A DNA stretch of 64,000 nt, taken from IMG/VR virus record IMGVR_UViG_3300005549_000008. One strand, given 5' to 3'. Position 1 is the first letter of the stretch. Every line of letters begins with the position of its first letter. This document shows positions 27,142 to 39,100 of the stretch, in pieces. Both the position numbers and the translations under genes were made by a program. The notes beneath the pieces are model-generated. The model worked only from the letters and a program-made list of their open reading frames with translations. It made no database searches and was not told the DNA's origin. The stretch is from an uncultured virus (IMG/VR IMGVR_UViG_3300005549_000008). Lineage: Duplodnaviria > Heunggongvirae > Uroviricota > Caudoviricetes.

Positions 27142-29490
27142 CTACAATCCCGCGCCCATCACTTGCGTGAACTGCGCGGCCGTCAGGGCAGCGTTGTAGA
27201 TGCGTACGTCGTCGATGCTTCCGAGGTACCATTCGCCGCCCCAGAAGTTGTGGCCGCCGATGGCTAGGATGCCGGTGCTGGCTTCGACGTTGCCCGAATA
27301 GGTTGCGCTGGCTACCTGGACGCCGTTTACCCAGACCCGCACCGTGGTGCCGGACTTGGTGAGCGCCATGTGCGTCCACACGGTGGTGGACAGATTGCCG
27401 CCGGTGCCGACCCAGTGGTCCTGTCCATTGGTGCGGATCCAGGCTTCACGGGGCGCGGCGTAGAGCAGGTAGGCGAGTCCGGTGGGAGCTTCCTTGATCA
27501 GGATGGTCTTGTACGCACTGACGTTGCTCGGCTTCACCCAGGCGGCGATCGTGAAGTTGAGGTTCAGGTCGAGCTGATTGTCATCGGGCACCGTCACGCG
27601 GTTGCTGCCGCTGAAACTCAGACACTGGCCGTACTTGCAATTGCCGGCAGGTTGCCAGGTGGGACTGCTGACGAGCGTACCCGTGTGTCCGTTGCCGGAG
27701 GCATCGGCGGCGACGCTGCCTGACCCTTCATTGAACGACCAGCCCGCGATCAGCGTGGGTAGTCCGGATCCGCCTGAGCCGCCCGACCCGCCCGAGCCAG
27801 CACTGCCGGCACTGCCGGCGGCGCCTCCCGTGCCCGCTGCACCTGCGTTACCCGCCGCGCCACCCATACCGGCGCCGCCTGCGACGCCACCGGCGCCACT
27901 AGAACCACCCGTACCGGCCGCGCCCGCTTGTCCGCCGGCTCCGCCAGTCCCTCCCGCGCCGCCGCTGCCTTCGATGGAAGCGTTGGTGAGCGTGAACACG
28001 CTCATGCTGGGCAGGGAAAAGGACCCGTTGCCGTTCGACAGAGCCACAGGTGTGCCTGCTTGATGGTAGGATCCCGTCGTCGAAATCACCGGAGTGAGCG
28101 AGCTCGGCGCGGGCGCTGCTACGTTGAGGGACAGCGTGCCGCTCGACCAACAAATGCCGACGATCGCGGTCGAGCCGTCTGGATTACGAAACCCGACCAG
28201 TTCGACGTCGTTGTCGCTCTCCGTAACCGTGATGCGGCTCGCGCCGGGCCGGATGTACTTGAAGGCGTGCTTCGCGGCGTAGTAGGTCGGCTTCGCGGCG
28301 TAGGTAAACTGATCGAGCTCGCTCTGCGTGGGTACGTCCGATCCGCCGGTGAACACGTTGCACAGATTCGAGGATCCCTGGAAGGTCGTGGCGAGTAGCC
28401 CAAAGGTTTCCCAGGCGTCAGCGCTGTGCGCATGCGGCGCATCGTATTCCGTCCACACGAGCCCGGCCGTGACTCCGCCCTGCAGTGCGCCCACGAGATT
28501 GCCAGCCAAGTCGACTGCCTGATTCCACCCTGTGGTGTAGCAGTTCTGTCCCGGCGGCACTGTATTGAACTCGGTGAGCCAGTAGGGTGGCGTATTGAAG
28601 GAGCGGTCGGTGCCGAGCGGCGCACTGCCGGAGTAGCGGTGGAAGGCGTAAGCCCAGAGCCGGGAGCGAATCACCGGGTCGGCTTGGATGGATTGTTCCC
28701 AGGCATTCGCGTTGGACTCCTGGACGCCTTCGGGAGCCTGAATGCCGATGCCGGCAAGCTCGGGGATCGCATCCATCCGCTGAACCAGGGCCTGTAGAAC
28801 ACGCTTGCCCTGTGTGACATCGAGCGAGAACCCTTCGGGTGGTAGCGTGGTTTCGTTCCAGGGACTGATCAGGGTGAATGCGGGCTTGGGATCCGGCGCG
28901 CGCGTTTTGGCGTAGACCATGACCGCGAGCACGGTCTCGACGAACTCTGCTTCGTCGGCTTGCGCCAGGCTGTTCGGGCCGAGCCAACTCGGAAGCAGGC
29001 CGTGCGCCGACAGCGTGATGTTCTGCACGCCCAGGGTGTTGAGCTCGCGGATGTAGTTCCAGAGATCAGTGAAGCGCTTCGACTGAAAGATGGCATCGTA
29101 GTACGTCCAGTTGAACGTGTTCGGGTCGGCGTTATCGTTGGTGCTCTCCCAATCGGAAGTCCCGTGGTTGATCTCGATTCGCCAGAAGTTCGCACCGAGA
29201 TCGTGCACGAGCAGATCCAGCGTGGGCTTGACTGCCGCGCCGTCGGTGCCCCAGTTACGTGGCTGACCATTGACTCCGAACCCGTAGATGATACCCGGCT
29301 CGGGAGCGCTGGAAGCGGATCCCGCTGTTCCACCGGTGCCAGCACTGGCGCCGCCGGCACCGGCAACCCCAGCCGTACCACCCGAGCACTCGGTGGCCGC
29401 CGCTTGGAAGGCGCGCGTGGTGGATGAGTCCGGGGAACAACAGAGCAGCAAGGTTGCGAGCAGGACCACGTAATGGAGTAGAGTTTTCAT
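27142..29490 (-). CDS. Secreted GH30-like (clan GH-A) glycoside hydrolase with Gly-rich linkers and a C-terminal LamG/concanavalin-like domain
   Basis: Signal/lipobox, GFG, WNE (acid/base), WLTE (nucleophile), KYIRPGA and FRNPDG. The C-terminal WSFNEGSG..DASGNG...G.IDDVRIYN.AL is a LamG signature. Confidence 0.85.
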   Translation of the reverse strand: MKTLLHYVVLLATLLLCCSPDSSTTRAFQAAATECSGGTAGVAGAGGASAGTGGTAGSASSAPEPGIIYGFGVNGQPRNWGTDGAAVKPTLDLLVHDLGANFWRIEINHGTSDWESTNDNADPNTFNWTYYDAIFQSKRFTDLWNYIRELNTLGVQNITLSAHGLLPSWLGPNSLAQADEAEFVETVLAVMVYAKTRAPDPKPAFTLISPWNETTLPPEGFSLDVTQGKRVLQALVQRMDAIPELAGIGIQAPEGVQESNANAWEQSIQADPVIRSRLWAYAFHRYSGSAPLGTDRSFNTPPYWLTEFNTVPPGQNCYTTGWNQAVDLAGNLVGALQGGVTAGLVWTEYDAPHAHSADAWETFGLLATTFQGSSNLCNVFTGGSDVPTQSELDQFTYAAKPTYYAAKHAFKYIRPGASRITVTESDNDVELVGFRNPDGSTAIVGICWSSGTLSLNVAAPAPSSLTPVISTTGSYHQAGTPVALSNGNGSFSLPSMSVFTLTNASIEGSGGAGGTGGAGGQAGAAGTGGSSGAGGVAGGAGMGGAAGNAGAAGTGGAAGSAGSAGSGGSGGSGGSGLPTLIAGWSFNEGSGSVAADASGNGHTGTLVSSPTWQPAGNCKYGQCLSFSGSNRVTVPDDNQLDLNLNFTIAAWVKPSNVSAYKTILIKEAPTGLAYLLYAAPREAWIRTNGQDHWVGTGGNLSTTVWTHMALTKSGTTVRVWVNGVQVASATYSGNVEASTGILAIGGHNFWGGEWYLGSIDDVRIYNAALTAAQFTQVMGAGL

Positions 29491-29584
29491 GAATGTTGCT
29501 TTCTCAGAATGGCACGACGCCCAACCTAGAGGATGTACCTCAAGGTGAGACAGTAATCAAAGACTAGATCTAGGTGTGGGTCAG

Positions 29585-32500
29585 TTAGGACGCGCGATGG
29601 AAGGTAGCTCCAATGGCTCGCTCGCTCACGTTGCGTCGGTCGGTGGCGTTTTGGGTGTTACGCATCCAGAAGCCTTCGCGAGGGTCATAGCCGTCACAGA
29701 GATAGTGCTCCGGCCAGAAGCTAAAGATGTCACCAATGATCTCCAGAACCCACTCGGAGGGCTCGTACACGTTGGGCCCGGCGTAGGGTCGCGGCCCGTT
29801 CGCACCACCGTGATCGGCGCACGGACATCCGGTGTAGTGGCACACGCGGCACCAGCTCGGGTCAGCGGGGATCTTGTGCATCAGTTTTTATGTCCAGCGC
29901 CGAGCGCCTTGCGCGACTTGTCGTAGACGGTTTCTGCCATCTTGACGAACGTCTCGCGTGAGCAGCCGCCGGGCGAGTTGCGGTCAGCTATTCCTAAAGC
30001 GGTGAGCAGCAGAGCGAAGGCTTGCTCCTGTGCGGATAAGCCTGAGGCCGTTGCCAGGTTACCAAACCCGATCAAGCTACCCGTGAATTCCTCTTTGGTC
30101 AGGGGCGCCTCCAAGCGTCGGCCCAAGCTGGATCTTGAGCATCGACATGTTCCCAGTTGGGCCACGTCACGAGCCCATAGCCGCCGCTTGAATGGAAGCA
30201 GGCCTTCAGAACCTCACCATCAACCGAGACTTCCAAAACCTCCAGGTCGCCAACGGAGCCGACTGGAATGTACTTGTTTGCGTGGTGCCGATAACCGGTG
30301 ATCCGCACGTTACGAATCCACAAATGCACGATACCGATCAGTTTCGGCAGCGGCCGTAGATCGGGTCCCTTCGCGAGCTCCATGCGCGCCATTTTAGAGA
30401 ATCGCTTTGATCAGCTCGTGCTCATGCTCGGGAGCGATGAATAGGTTGTAGCCCTCCATATGGCAGCCCAGCAGACGGCATTGGCCGCTTTCGATCCGAA
30501 CTGCGTGCTGCGCCGCGCGCAGGGTAGAGACGGCCTTCTGGAGTTCAGGCAGCCGGCGGGTCGGGACGAAGCACGCGAGCTCGGTGCCCAGCATGCGAAT
30601 CACCATGTCGGTCTTCATTGTCAGAATCCTACGTCAGTGGGGTATGGATCTTCCCTCAGTCGGGAGCGTTACGAAGCGCCATAACCGATCCCGGTCGGAC
30701 CAGTCGAGTGACATTGCAATCAGCTCCCGGGCAAAACAGCGACACTGTGGCTGCAGGGCCGGTAGCAGCGCGCCGACCGCCACCAGGGCCGCAATTTGAC
30801 CAGCTTCGTCGGAGCAGGCGTAGAGCTCCCAGCAGCGACTGATGGCACCGAGCGCGCGGGAGTCCTGACCCGTGAGCGCACCCATGATTTCGGCTCCTGG
30901 AAGTGTGCCACCGTTCGCCTGGAGCACGGGGCTCCGTGGATCTTTGAGGTTGGCGCGCAGCCAGCGATCCCAGGTCAAGGGTTTGTTCATGGGGTCTCGA
31001 CTGCCGCGCTGCTTACAGCTCCTTCGATCATTGATTCTTCAGGAACTTCCACGTCAGCCTCGATCCAATGCCTAGCCTCTTCATCTGCATCGAGGCCATC
31101 AATCGCCGCCGACATCCTGTCCACGTCGGAACCGCTGTCCCAGCCAACAGCGTTCCAGTGACCCTCTTTCGTAATAGCAACTGCAATCCGAACGCGAACC
31201 GTTCTTTTCTTATTAGCCATCGTCTGTTTCTCCACGAGTCTCAATCAAGGCTTCATGGTTCCGTATCTCGGCGGTACCAGACGAAGCCACAAGGCTTGCA
31301 TTCAGCAACGCCGTAGCCGTCCTCGAGCTGCAGGTGCAAGCGCCCAGCCACGTGACACTTCGGGCACTCAGCGGTATGGCGCCCGGTGACGCGCAGTTGT
31401 CTGCTACCGAGCTCCGGTGGCAAGCGTACCCAGTCGCTGGTAGCGATGGAGCCGATGAGCATCATTCGCTCGTCGTCTTCACTCTCGGAGGCTAGTTCAC
31501 CAGCGCGACGTTGAAACCACTCGGTGCTCATGTGCGTTCCCATCCGTGTTTGAGGCGATAGTTCACGATGTCGTTGCCGACGCGCTCCGACGACACACCA
31601 AAGATATCGGCGACGAGCGCCGCGGTGATCAGATGGCAGACCACTTCCGGCCGCAGAGCATCAGATTCGCCGCCGGAGTCGTTTTCAGCTACCCAGGCAA
31701 CCGCCTCGCGGTAACTTGCTCGTTTCATCGGCGAGGCCCGGGCGAGTTTTCTCGAGCTTGTTCTGCAGCCAACTTCACAACCCTGCGGTTGTGGCTCATC
31801 ACCAGCCATTGGTACAGTTTTCGGAGAAGGGTCTTCATGTGGACCGATCTCCAGAATTTTGGGACTGACGACACTCGTCAGCTTCATAGCGTTCATGGAA
31901 AACACCGATCACACGCCAGGTATAGGAAAGCCAGCGCGCCTCTGTCGGGCCCAGATCGTTCACGCCACGTAGGATCAGTGCGACTCTGCGCTTACCGTAC
32001 TGGTGCGCAGCTATGCTACTGTCTTTCTCGGTCATGGGAAACGCGGAGTCGTAGCGCAGCATATCCAGAGGGAACTCTCCAGAGCCTTCAACGACCACGA
32101 ACTTTTCGAATACCTTGATGGTCTTGGCTCTCATGGTTACCTGCTCTACGGCTTCGACCGGACGTAGCTTCCTTTCAGGAGTTGAAAAACTGCTCTCGAT
32201 TCATTCCGTGAGCGGCGCCGTAGTGACGAGCCCAGGACTCTTCCTCGGCTCGGGTCATAATGAACTGCCCCCGGCACCCGAACCACGCTCGGGCTGGGCA
32301 GCTCTCAAACGTATGCTGGTGACAACAGCAGCGGCACGGCGCGAGCCGATCGAGGGTATCGACGTCGCCAGCCCACAGGGCCTGTTCCAGAGCTTGGCTC
32401 ATTCAAGGAGCCCATTCCACTACGCCGCTGGCACGTCGAACACCCAGACGGTAAATCACCGATTCTCCGTTGGGCTGCTGGCGCCATAGGGTAACGATCA

Positions 32501-34906
32501 TCACCGTTTCACCGGTGCGCTTGAGCTCAGCGGCGCGTAGCACAGCCCAATCGTCGTCATCCATCAGGCGAGCACTCAGCGCTTCGCGTTCTGCGTCGGT
32601 GAGCCGGCAACAGCGCTGGCACCAGCGACTTCGTAGTTTGTGAGAGCATCCGCAGCAGCGGCAGATCATGGTTTAGCTCTTGAGCTTGCGCGTGGGCCAT
32701 TGGTGGAAAAACTTTCCCAGGACGCTGACGTTGATGATCTGCTGCGTCTTCCATTTCTCTACCAAGCCGTCAGCCTTGGTGATGGTCAGTATCGAGTGGC
32801 CCCAGACATGATCGCCGGTGAGTGTCGCAGCAATATGAATACCGACCTTGCTCTCCAGTTTCTGGATGAAGATGGTGTACTGCTGGCTGGCGCGCTCGGC
32901 GGCATCGTCGATGAAGTTGACCACCTTCTTGTCGTCACGCTCACCATTGGTGGTCAGCGCCCGGAAGCGATGGTATCGCGCCTTCTGAACGGCGTACTCA
33001 CGGCTCCAGCTGTTACGCGGATAAGCATGGTACGTCGGATCCTCGGCGTGTTTGGCGAAGACGCGCTCCGCGTAGTCCGAGGCCTCCTTGCGAGCGCGCT
33101 CGATCGCGGAGGTTCGCAAGGGCTCGACTGCGGAGGCGATGGCGGTCATGTGTTTCATCCTACGTTTCAGTCGACAATTGCTTCCCGGCTTTCGACCAGT
33201 CTCTGGGAAGCAAACTACCTGTCAGTAGGTGCCCATCCAGGATCCGGAACAGCTCGCGCACCCTGGAGCGTGTGCGTTGACTGTCGTCACCATCCAAGGC
33301 GCGGATCAGATTGCGTAGGTCGTCGAGAGCCCGGTTCAGGTCCACAATGTTCGGCAGTTCGATCTCACGATGTGTTTGTGCTGCATTGTGGTCGAAGCGG
33401 ATTCCGGCGTTCCACTTGGCAAAAGCGCCCTCGAACGACTCTCCGAAACAGAACTCTTTCCAGCAACCATCGGACAGGATCCCAATCGCGAAGCGCTGAT
33501 GGGGCTTCGGAGATCGCGGGCGCGCTACTGCGAAACCCGCATCGCCGACCATGCTACGCATGCGCAGCTCAGCCTGCGGTTGCGTGAGTGCGCCTGCTAC
33601 GTCAGCCATATCCACCCATTGCGCGCCGGTTAGCCATCTCACCGCGTTGTGCGCCCTGGCAGGTACGGTGCTCGCTCGCGGCCAAGATCGTGTCGACGTA
33701 TGGCAACTGGTGACCAGCGGAAGCTACCAGAAAGCAGCCACTGGGGCTGCTCGAGTCGCGTCGGTAGACGTGATAGGTGTTGGGGCTCACGCTGTGCCCA
33801 CTGGTCACGTGGCTGAAATCGTCGCGCGCGAGCGCATCACGGAATTTAATGAGCGTGATCGCGTCCTCGTGCGCGCGCGTGACCGTACGCAGGCCCCACT
33901 TCAGCCAGATCGCAGTGCTCGTCGCGCGACCATCGAACGCGGCACGCATGGTCTCCAGTTCGTCGCGCAGTTTCAGGCGTAGACCTAACTCCAACTCGGC
34001 GAGCTCAGCGCCGCCGAGGGCCCGCCGTAGGGGGTAGTTACATTGGTCCTGGACGCTGCGCACTACGTAGTCGGGGCAGTCAGCGGGAGGAACGATCGGG
34101 TAGACGGCTTCGACGGTGTTCATGATTAGGTAGTACGAGTCCGGAGTTTTATTCTTCCCCTTCGAATTCATGCGTACCGTCGTGACCATCCTCCAGGACG
34201 CAGCCGAGGAGCCCACCCATACAAGGTTCGGGAGTGCAGATGACCCGGATGGCCACTGCGAGCGGGCTCCGATCAATCTGCGGACACGGTTGCGACCCAT
34301 GGTGAGCTTGGCAAATGTGGCAGAAGGGCGCACTCACGTCGGAGGCTCCTCTCCCAGCGAGCCGGCCGGGTACCATGGGCGGTGTGCTTCTCCGGGTGGC
34401 AAACAAGCCAGGGTCGAGCGGTCACATTCGGAGGAGATGCGTCCGCACGCGCAAAAGTACTGCGCTTTGCTTTTGCTTGCCAATTCCCGGACCTGCTCCC
34501 AGGTGAGGTTCGTGGACCGCGCCCACTCCAGAGACTCTAGAGCCCACTCGTAGCCTGGCATCAGCTCCACGAGCTTCGCGTCGACCATGTCCTGGAGTTG
34601 GTACCGGTAACACTGAATATAGTAGGGCACGGCCTCGCCGGAAGGTAGAGCGCGTTTGGCGAAGTTGACGCCTCCGAACCCGGAGTAGAGAGCACCATCG
34701 ATGCGCACAGCGTCGATCTTGCAGAGTAGCCAGTACGGCATAGGGTGAACGTAACCGCCCTCGAAGCTCAAGCGCAGCGCGTAACGACCGGGCGTCAGCG
34801 CGAGGCGCTCGTGATCCGCCGCATAGTAGCTGGGGCAGTGCGATACCTCGACGCCGGGAGCGACAAGGTAGGAGCCGATGATCACGACCACGGTGTTAGA
34901 ATTCAT
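29585..34906 (-). other. Block of ~14 short early-type hypothetical genes
   Basis: Tightly packed minus-strand ORFs (e.g. 30394-30618, 30634-30990, 31835-32134, 32673-33149, 34334-34906). Class B motifs at 30630, 32147, 33161 and 34916. Confidence 0.6.
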
Positions 34907-34940
34907 GATCTAGACTACGTCGCGCGGCACCAAATGTTCC

Positions 34941-35132
34941 TTATTTTCCATGTAGAACCTTGCGTAACCGCGCGAACAGAAATGGGTGAGCGTCCTTATA
35001 TTTCGGTCCACCCACAGCCACCGGCATCGATCGGCCATTCGGGAACTCGTAGATATGGTGGTCACCGCGCTTGCGTACTAGGCGCCCACCGTTGGCCAGG
35101 ATGTAGTCGCGAATGAAGTCAACCGTCTTCAT
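34941..35132 (-). CDS. hicA: HicA-family (dsRBD-like) mRNA interferase-like protein
   Basis: 63-aa basic protein with LVRKRGDHHIYEFPNGRSMPV, matching the HicA R.KGSH pattern. Confidence 0.65.
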   Translation of the reverse strand: MKTVDFIRDYILANGGRLVRKRGDHHIYEFPNGRSMPVAVGGPKYKDAHPFLFARLRKVLHGK

Positions 35133-35342
35133 TCTCGAAGCAGTCCAGAGCCATGTGCAAGGACCCTACTGATGGTCCGCCAACGGAATCGGTAACGACG
35201 CGCACGGTGGGCCCGGAGAGCACGGTGGCGTAGGCCCAGCCCTCGCGCGCAGCCGTCTCACGAACTAACCGAGCCCTGGCACGCGGGCTTTGGGATTGAA
35301 CCACTCGCGTGGACTTCGCACCGTGGATGCACACCTTCTTGG

Positions 35343-35911
35343 TCACATGCCCTCGTATTCGTTCCAGCCATCGTACCCGAACTCCATCGCGGCCTGCATC
35401 TGCGCCTCGCGGCGCCATTCGCCACCGTCGTCGAGGTCGCGCTCCGCGCGCGGCTTGTAGTATGGGTTCGGAACCACCTCGTAGACTTCGGGGCCCTCGA
35501 GATGGAGGTACGCGACCGACGTATCCGCGGAGCCGGCACCGAGCGCGGCGCGCGCCTCGTCGATCGTCGCGTAGTCGCGCCCCTGGTAACAGTCGTCGTT
35601 GCCCTCCTCGGGATGCGATCCCCACTCGTTCACGCTGAATGGCAGCAGGACAGCGCAGATGGATTGCGTCATCAGTATCGTCATAATTAAAGTACCTCAA
35701 GACTTCCGTTGCGATCAGTCAGGCGCACTTGCTCAAATCCACGCGCCAACCCCATGCCGCTAGTCAAGAACATAATGTTCGGCTCTAAAGCCTTGCGCAT
35801 GGTGACGTACCGAGCGCCACGCATTCCGAGGAGGATGTATTTGATGCGGTCACGCGAGTCCTTGTCGAGCTCGACAGTGAACCGCCGTCCAAGAACCGTC
35901 AGCGTCGTCAT
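35343..35911 (-). other. Two hypothetical genes (35343-35684, acidic; 35687-35911)
   Basis: First genes of the leftward block; class B motif at 35921-35945. Confidence 0.6.
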
Positions 35912-35950
35912 GACCTGTTCTACGGCGGCCGCCGCCGCCCCTTCCCACCA

Positions 35951-35978
35951 ATCGGCGATAATATTGGTTATCGCGAGT
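35951..35978. other. dif/lox-like tyrosine recombinase site candidate
   Basis: ATCGGCGATAA-TATTGG-TTATCGCGAGT: 11-6-11 geometry with a perfect inner 7-bp inverted repeat and an ATAA-N6-TTAT core. Confidence 0.55.
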
Positions 35979-36136
35979 AGGCCGCGTGGCCGCTACCGGT
36001 TGCGTTGACACTGGAGTGTGGTGTAGATTACCGCCCAGGCTGAACGGGGCGGCGCCAACTGGGGAACAGGGGACGCTCGAGTTCCCCAGTTCCCACCGGG
36101 GGAAGATTCCTGTGATCGCTGGGGTAGTACCTGGGC

Positions 36137-39100
36137 ATGTCGAAAAAGATCACGGGAACCGAGGAAGTGATGGATTTCGAACAGAAGGCACGGGAGTGGT
36201 GCGGGCGGCACTTCTCTGGCGAATGGAACGAGCGAACTGAGGAGGAGCGCGACGACATGATCGCGGCGTACCGCTCCGCCTTCGAAGCCGGCGCCGAACA
36301 GATGAAGGAAGAAGCGGCGAAGGTGTGCGACCGTGACGCGCTCGAACTGATGGACAGCGAGGACCAGGAGCTTGCCGCCGACTGCGCCGCTGCTATCCGC
36401 GCCCTACCCCTATCCGGAATGGCGATGATGACCAAGCTCGAACCGGCGCAACAGTTGGTCCAGCGCATCTCGGGGCATTGTCGAATCGCGACTGGTGAAC
36501 GCGGCCCGTTCGATGACCCGGGTAAAGTTGCCGCCCTCATCGAATCCGACCGCGCCGCCACTGTCGAAAAGGCGATGGTGGATTTGAGGGAGTGGCTGGT
36601 CACAGCCGAACTCGAAGCAGCTGAAGCTGCCAGCGATTCGCTCGACAGTGATGATAAGCTGATCTGGTTGACGCGACGGGCGCAGTTGGGGGCGGTGATT
36701 CGCAAGCTCGATGCGCTGGCAAAAGTCAGGAAGTAAAAATGGACCTCGAGAAGCGCGCGCGGGGAAGGTTCCGTCGCCGGCCGCGGTACCACGAGCCATG
36801 AAAGCAAAAGGGCCGCCGATTGTGCGCGACCAAGACCGCGCGCTGGTCGCCCGGGTGAAAGCCCAGGGTCCGGAGTTCGTGAACGGCTATGTGACCGCGC
36901 TGCGCGACGCGCTACGCCCCCGGAACGACGGCCTGGGCTTCCGCACCGGGCGCCAGCTCAATACTGAGGACTTCAAGGTCATCCTGCGGCTCCTGATGGG
37001 TGGGTCGTGAAGCCGCAGTTTTTGATAGCCATCCGCCACTATGATGATCGCGGCGACCCGGACCCTCCGAACAACGCGCGCGTAGAAATCTACCTCGGCG
37101 GCCACACCTTCCTCTACGATTTCCGCAACGAACCCTACTGTAGTGGTTGCGTGCCTTCTGAACGCGCTGAAGCTATCCGGCGCGATGCGTGGGCCGCCTT
37201 GGGGTTCACCGAAGATGCAGTGCTCGCGCGCTCCAGGATCGGCGAAGTCGACCTAGCCAAGAAACTCGTCGCCATCCGGCCTGGCACCGAGCGCCCACAT
37301 GCCGATCACGGTTTTCTCCTGGGGATCTGGGACGACGAATGGGAGCGCACCGTGATTCTACCAGGTGGCCACTGGGCTCGAGACGGCGGTTCCAGCGGCG
37401 TTCCACCGCGCTTCTGGTGCGAGATGCCGCGACTTTAGGCGCTGCCTGGGCAGCCGCCATCCGTTTACCGATTACGTTTGTCATTGACAACCATCCGGTA
37501 TTAGTAGCAAACGAGATACCACTATCCTGTTCGATAGACATCAGATATCAATCAGTATTGTACGCATGGAAGTTGCCCGACTGATCGAAGAGTTCCCGGA
37601 GCTCGTGGTGTATCAGGGTATCATCAAGATCAACCATGGGACACTGGTGCGGCGTGATGCCGGCTGCATCGTGCTGAGGTTCGATGTGCAACAGAAGCAT
37701 GCTGAGCTGTCCGGTTATGGCGCCGATGACAACTTAGCGCAGAGCGTATACCTCGGCGCGAACCGATGCACGTCGCACGTGGAAGAACGTGATGCACCCG
37801 ACACCGAGATCCGGCTCCCGCTCCCGGGGTCCGACTGGATTGTGGTGGCCGATATTGGTCGCTACCTGTTGACCATTGTTGCCGTGAAGCCGTGGGTTCC
37901 GTGATGAGCACGCAATCGACCACCGTCGCCAGGGTGAACAATCTGATCGCGTTGAGCGCGTCGGATAGCCCCCAGGAGGCGCGCACGGCAGCACTGAAGG
38001 CGTGTCAGTTGATTCGGGAACATGGATTGGAGGTGCAACCAAAGGGATCGCATCACCAGGCCTTACAGGACGAGTTGCTACGGCAGTATCTGAGGACCGT
38101 CACACCGGTCCCGAAGCCAAAGGCCCGCAACGGGCGGTACTGGTGGGTGACGGGTCTCGGTATCGGCTTCGGTCTCACTCTCGTCACGTGTAACTTCATT
38201 CTATCCGCCGCCGCCGAGGATCAGAAGGAGGAGGCGGCCGCGCTCACCAAGTCCCGCGAGAACTGGCGGCGCTGGAGCTCAGCATTTCTCGATGGGCAGA
38301 AGTCGGTGTGCAACGACACGACGGCCTGCCTGGACCGCTGGCCATTCTGCTCGGAGCGCGAGCCAGCGTACCAGTGCAATGTCGGCATCGGAGGCAACAT
38401 TCGAACGATCGTGTGCCGCTCAAGCGGATGTAAACGGGATGACTATGAAGATAAAAAGGAACCAGCACCGTGACAGAATCACCTGAACAACCCGAGCTCG
38501 TGATCAATGAGCCACTGGAATTCGAAGAAGAGCTCTGGATCGTGTTCACGAAAACCGAGCACGGTACGTGGCTACCGGACTTCCCGGCGATCAGTGAGGA
38601 GGAGGCGGTCCAGCATCAGCGCGCCCTGCTCGGTGCGGACTGTGCCACCCATACCGATGACATCCTGATCATTCCCTACGTGCATGAGTCGCTAACGACG
38701 CCCGAGGTTGCGGCGCAGCTACCATGGAACGAGCTCGAGAGGCGCATCACGAGCTTGGTGGACCGGCATCGGGAAGACGGAGCGTTCGCGCAAAAGCATG
38801 GTCACGACCAGGAGGCGCTGAAGCTCTACTATGCTCAGGCACAGTGCGAACGCATCCTGGCGTGGGTACTGGAGCTCAAGCCTCGCATCAAAGCGGAGCC
38901 GGCAGCGCCACCAGAATCGGAACCTCCGGATCGGCCTTCTGAGGAAGTTTCACCGGAGACGCGGTGACCATTCCCTTCTATCAATTAGCCAAGGAGCTTC
39001 GCAAGAAGCTTGAAGAGTACCCTGCGATGCTCGGTCCGGGCTACCAGGACGAGATTATCAGCGAGGCGCTGCGGTCGATTGCTGCCCAGGTGATCCTAGA

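Noticed and set aside
27760..27970. Low-complexity GC-rich tract as a repeat element
   Set aside because: It is the coding sequence of the Gly/Ala/Ser linker of the GH30-LamG protein.
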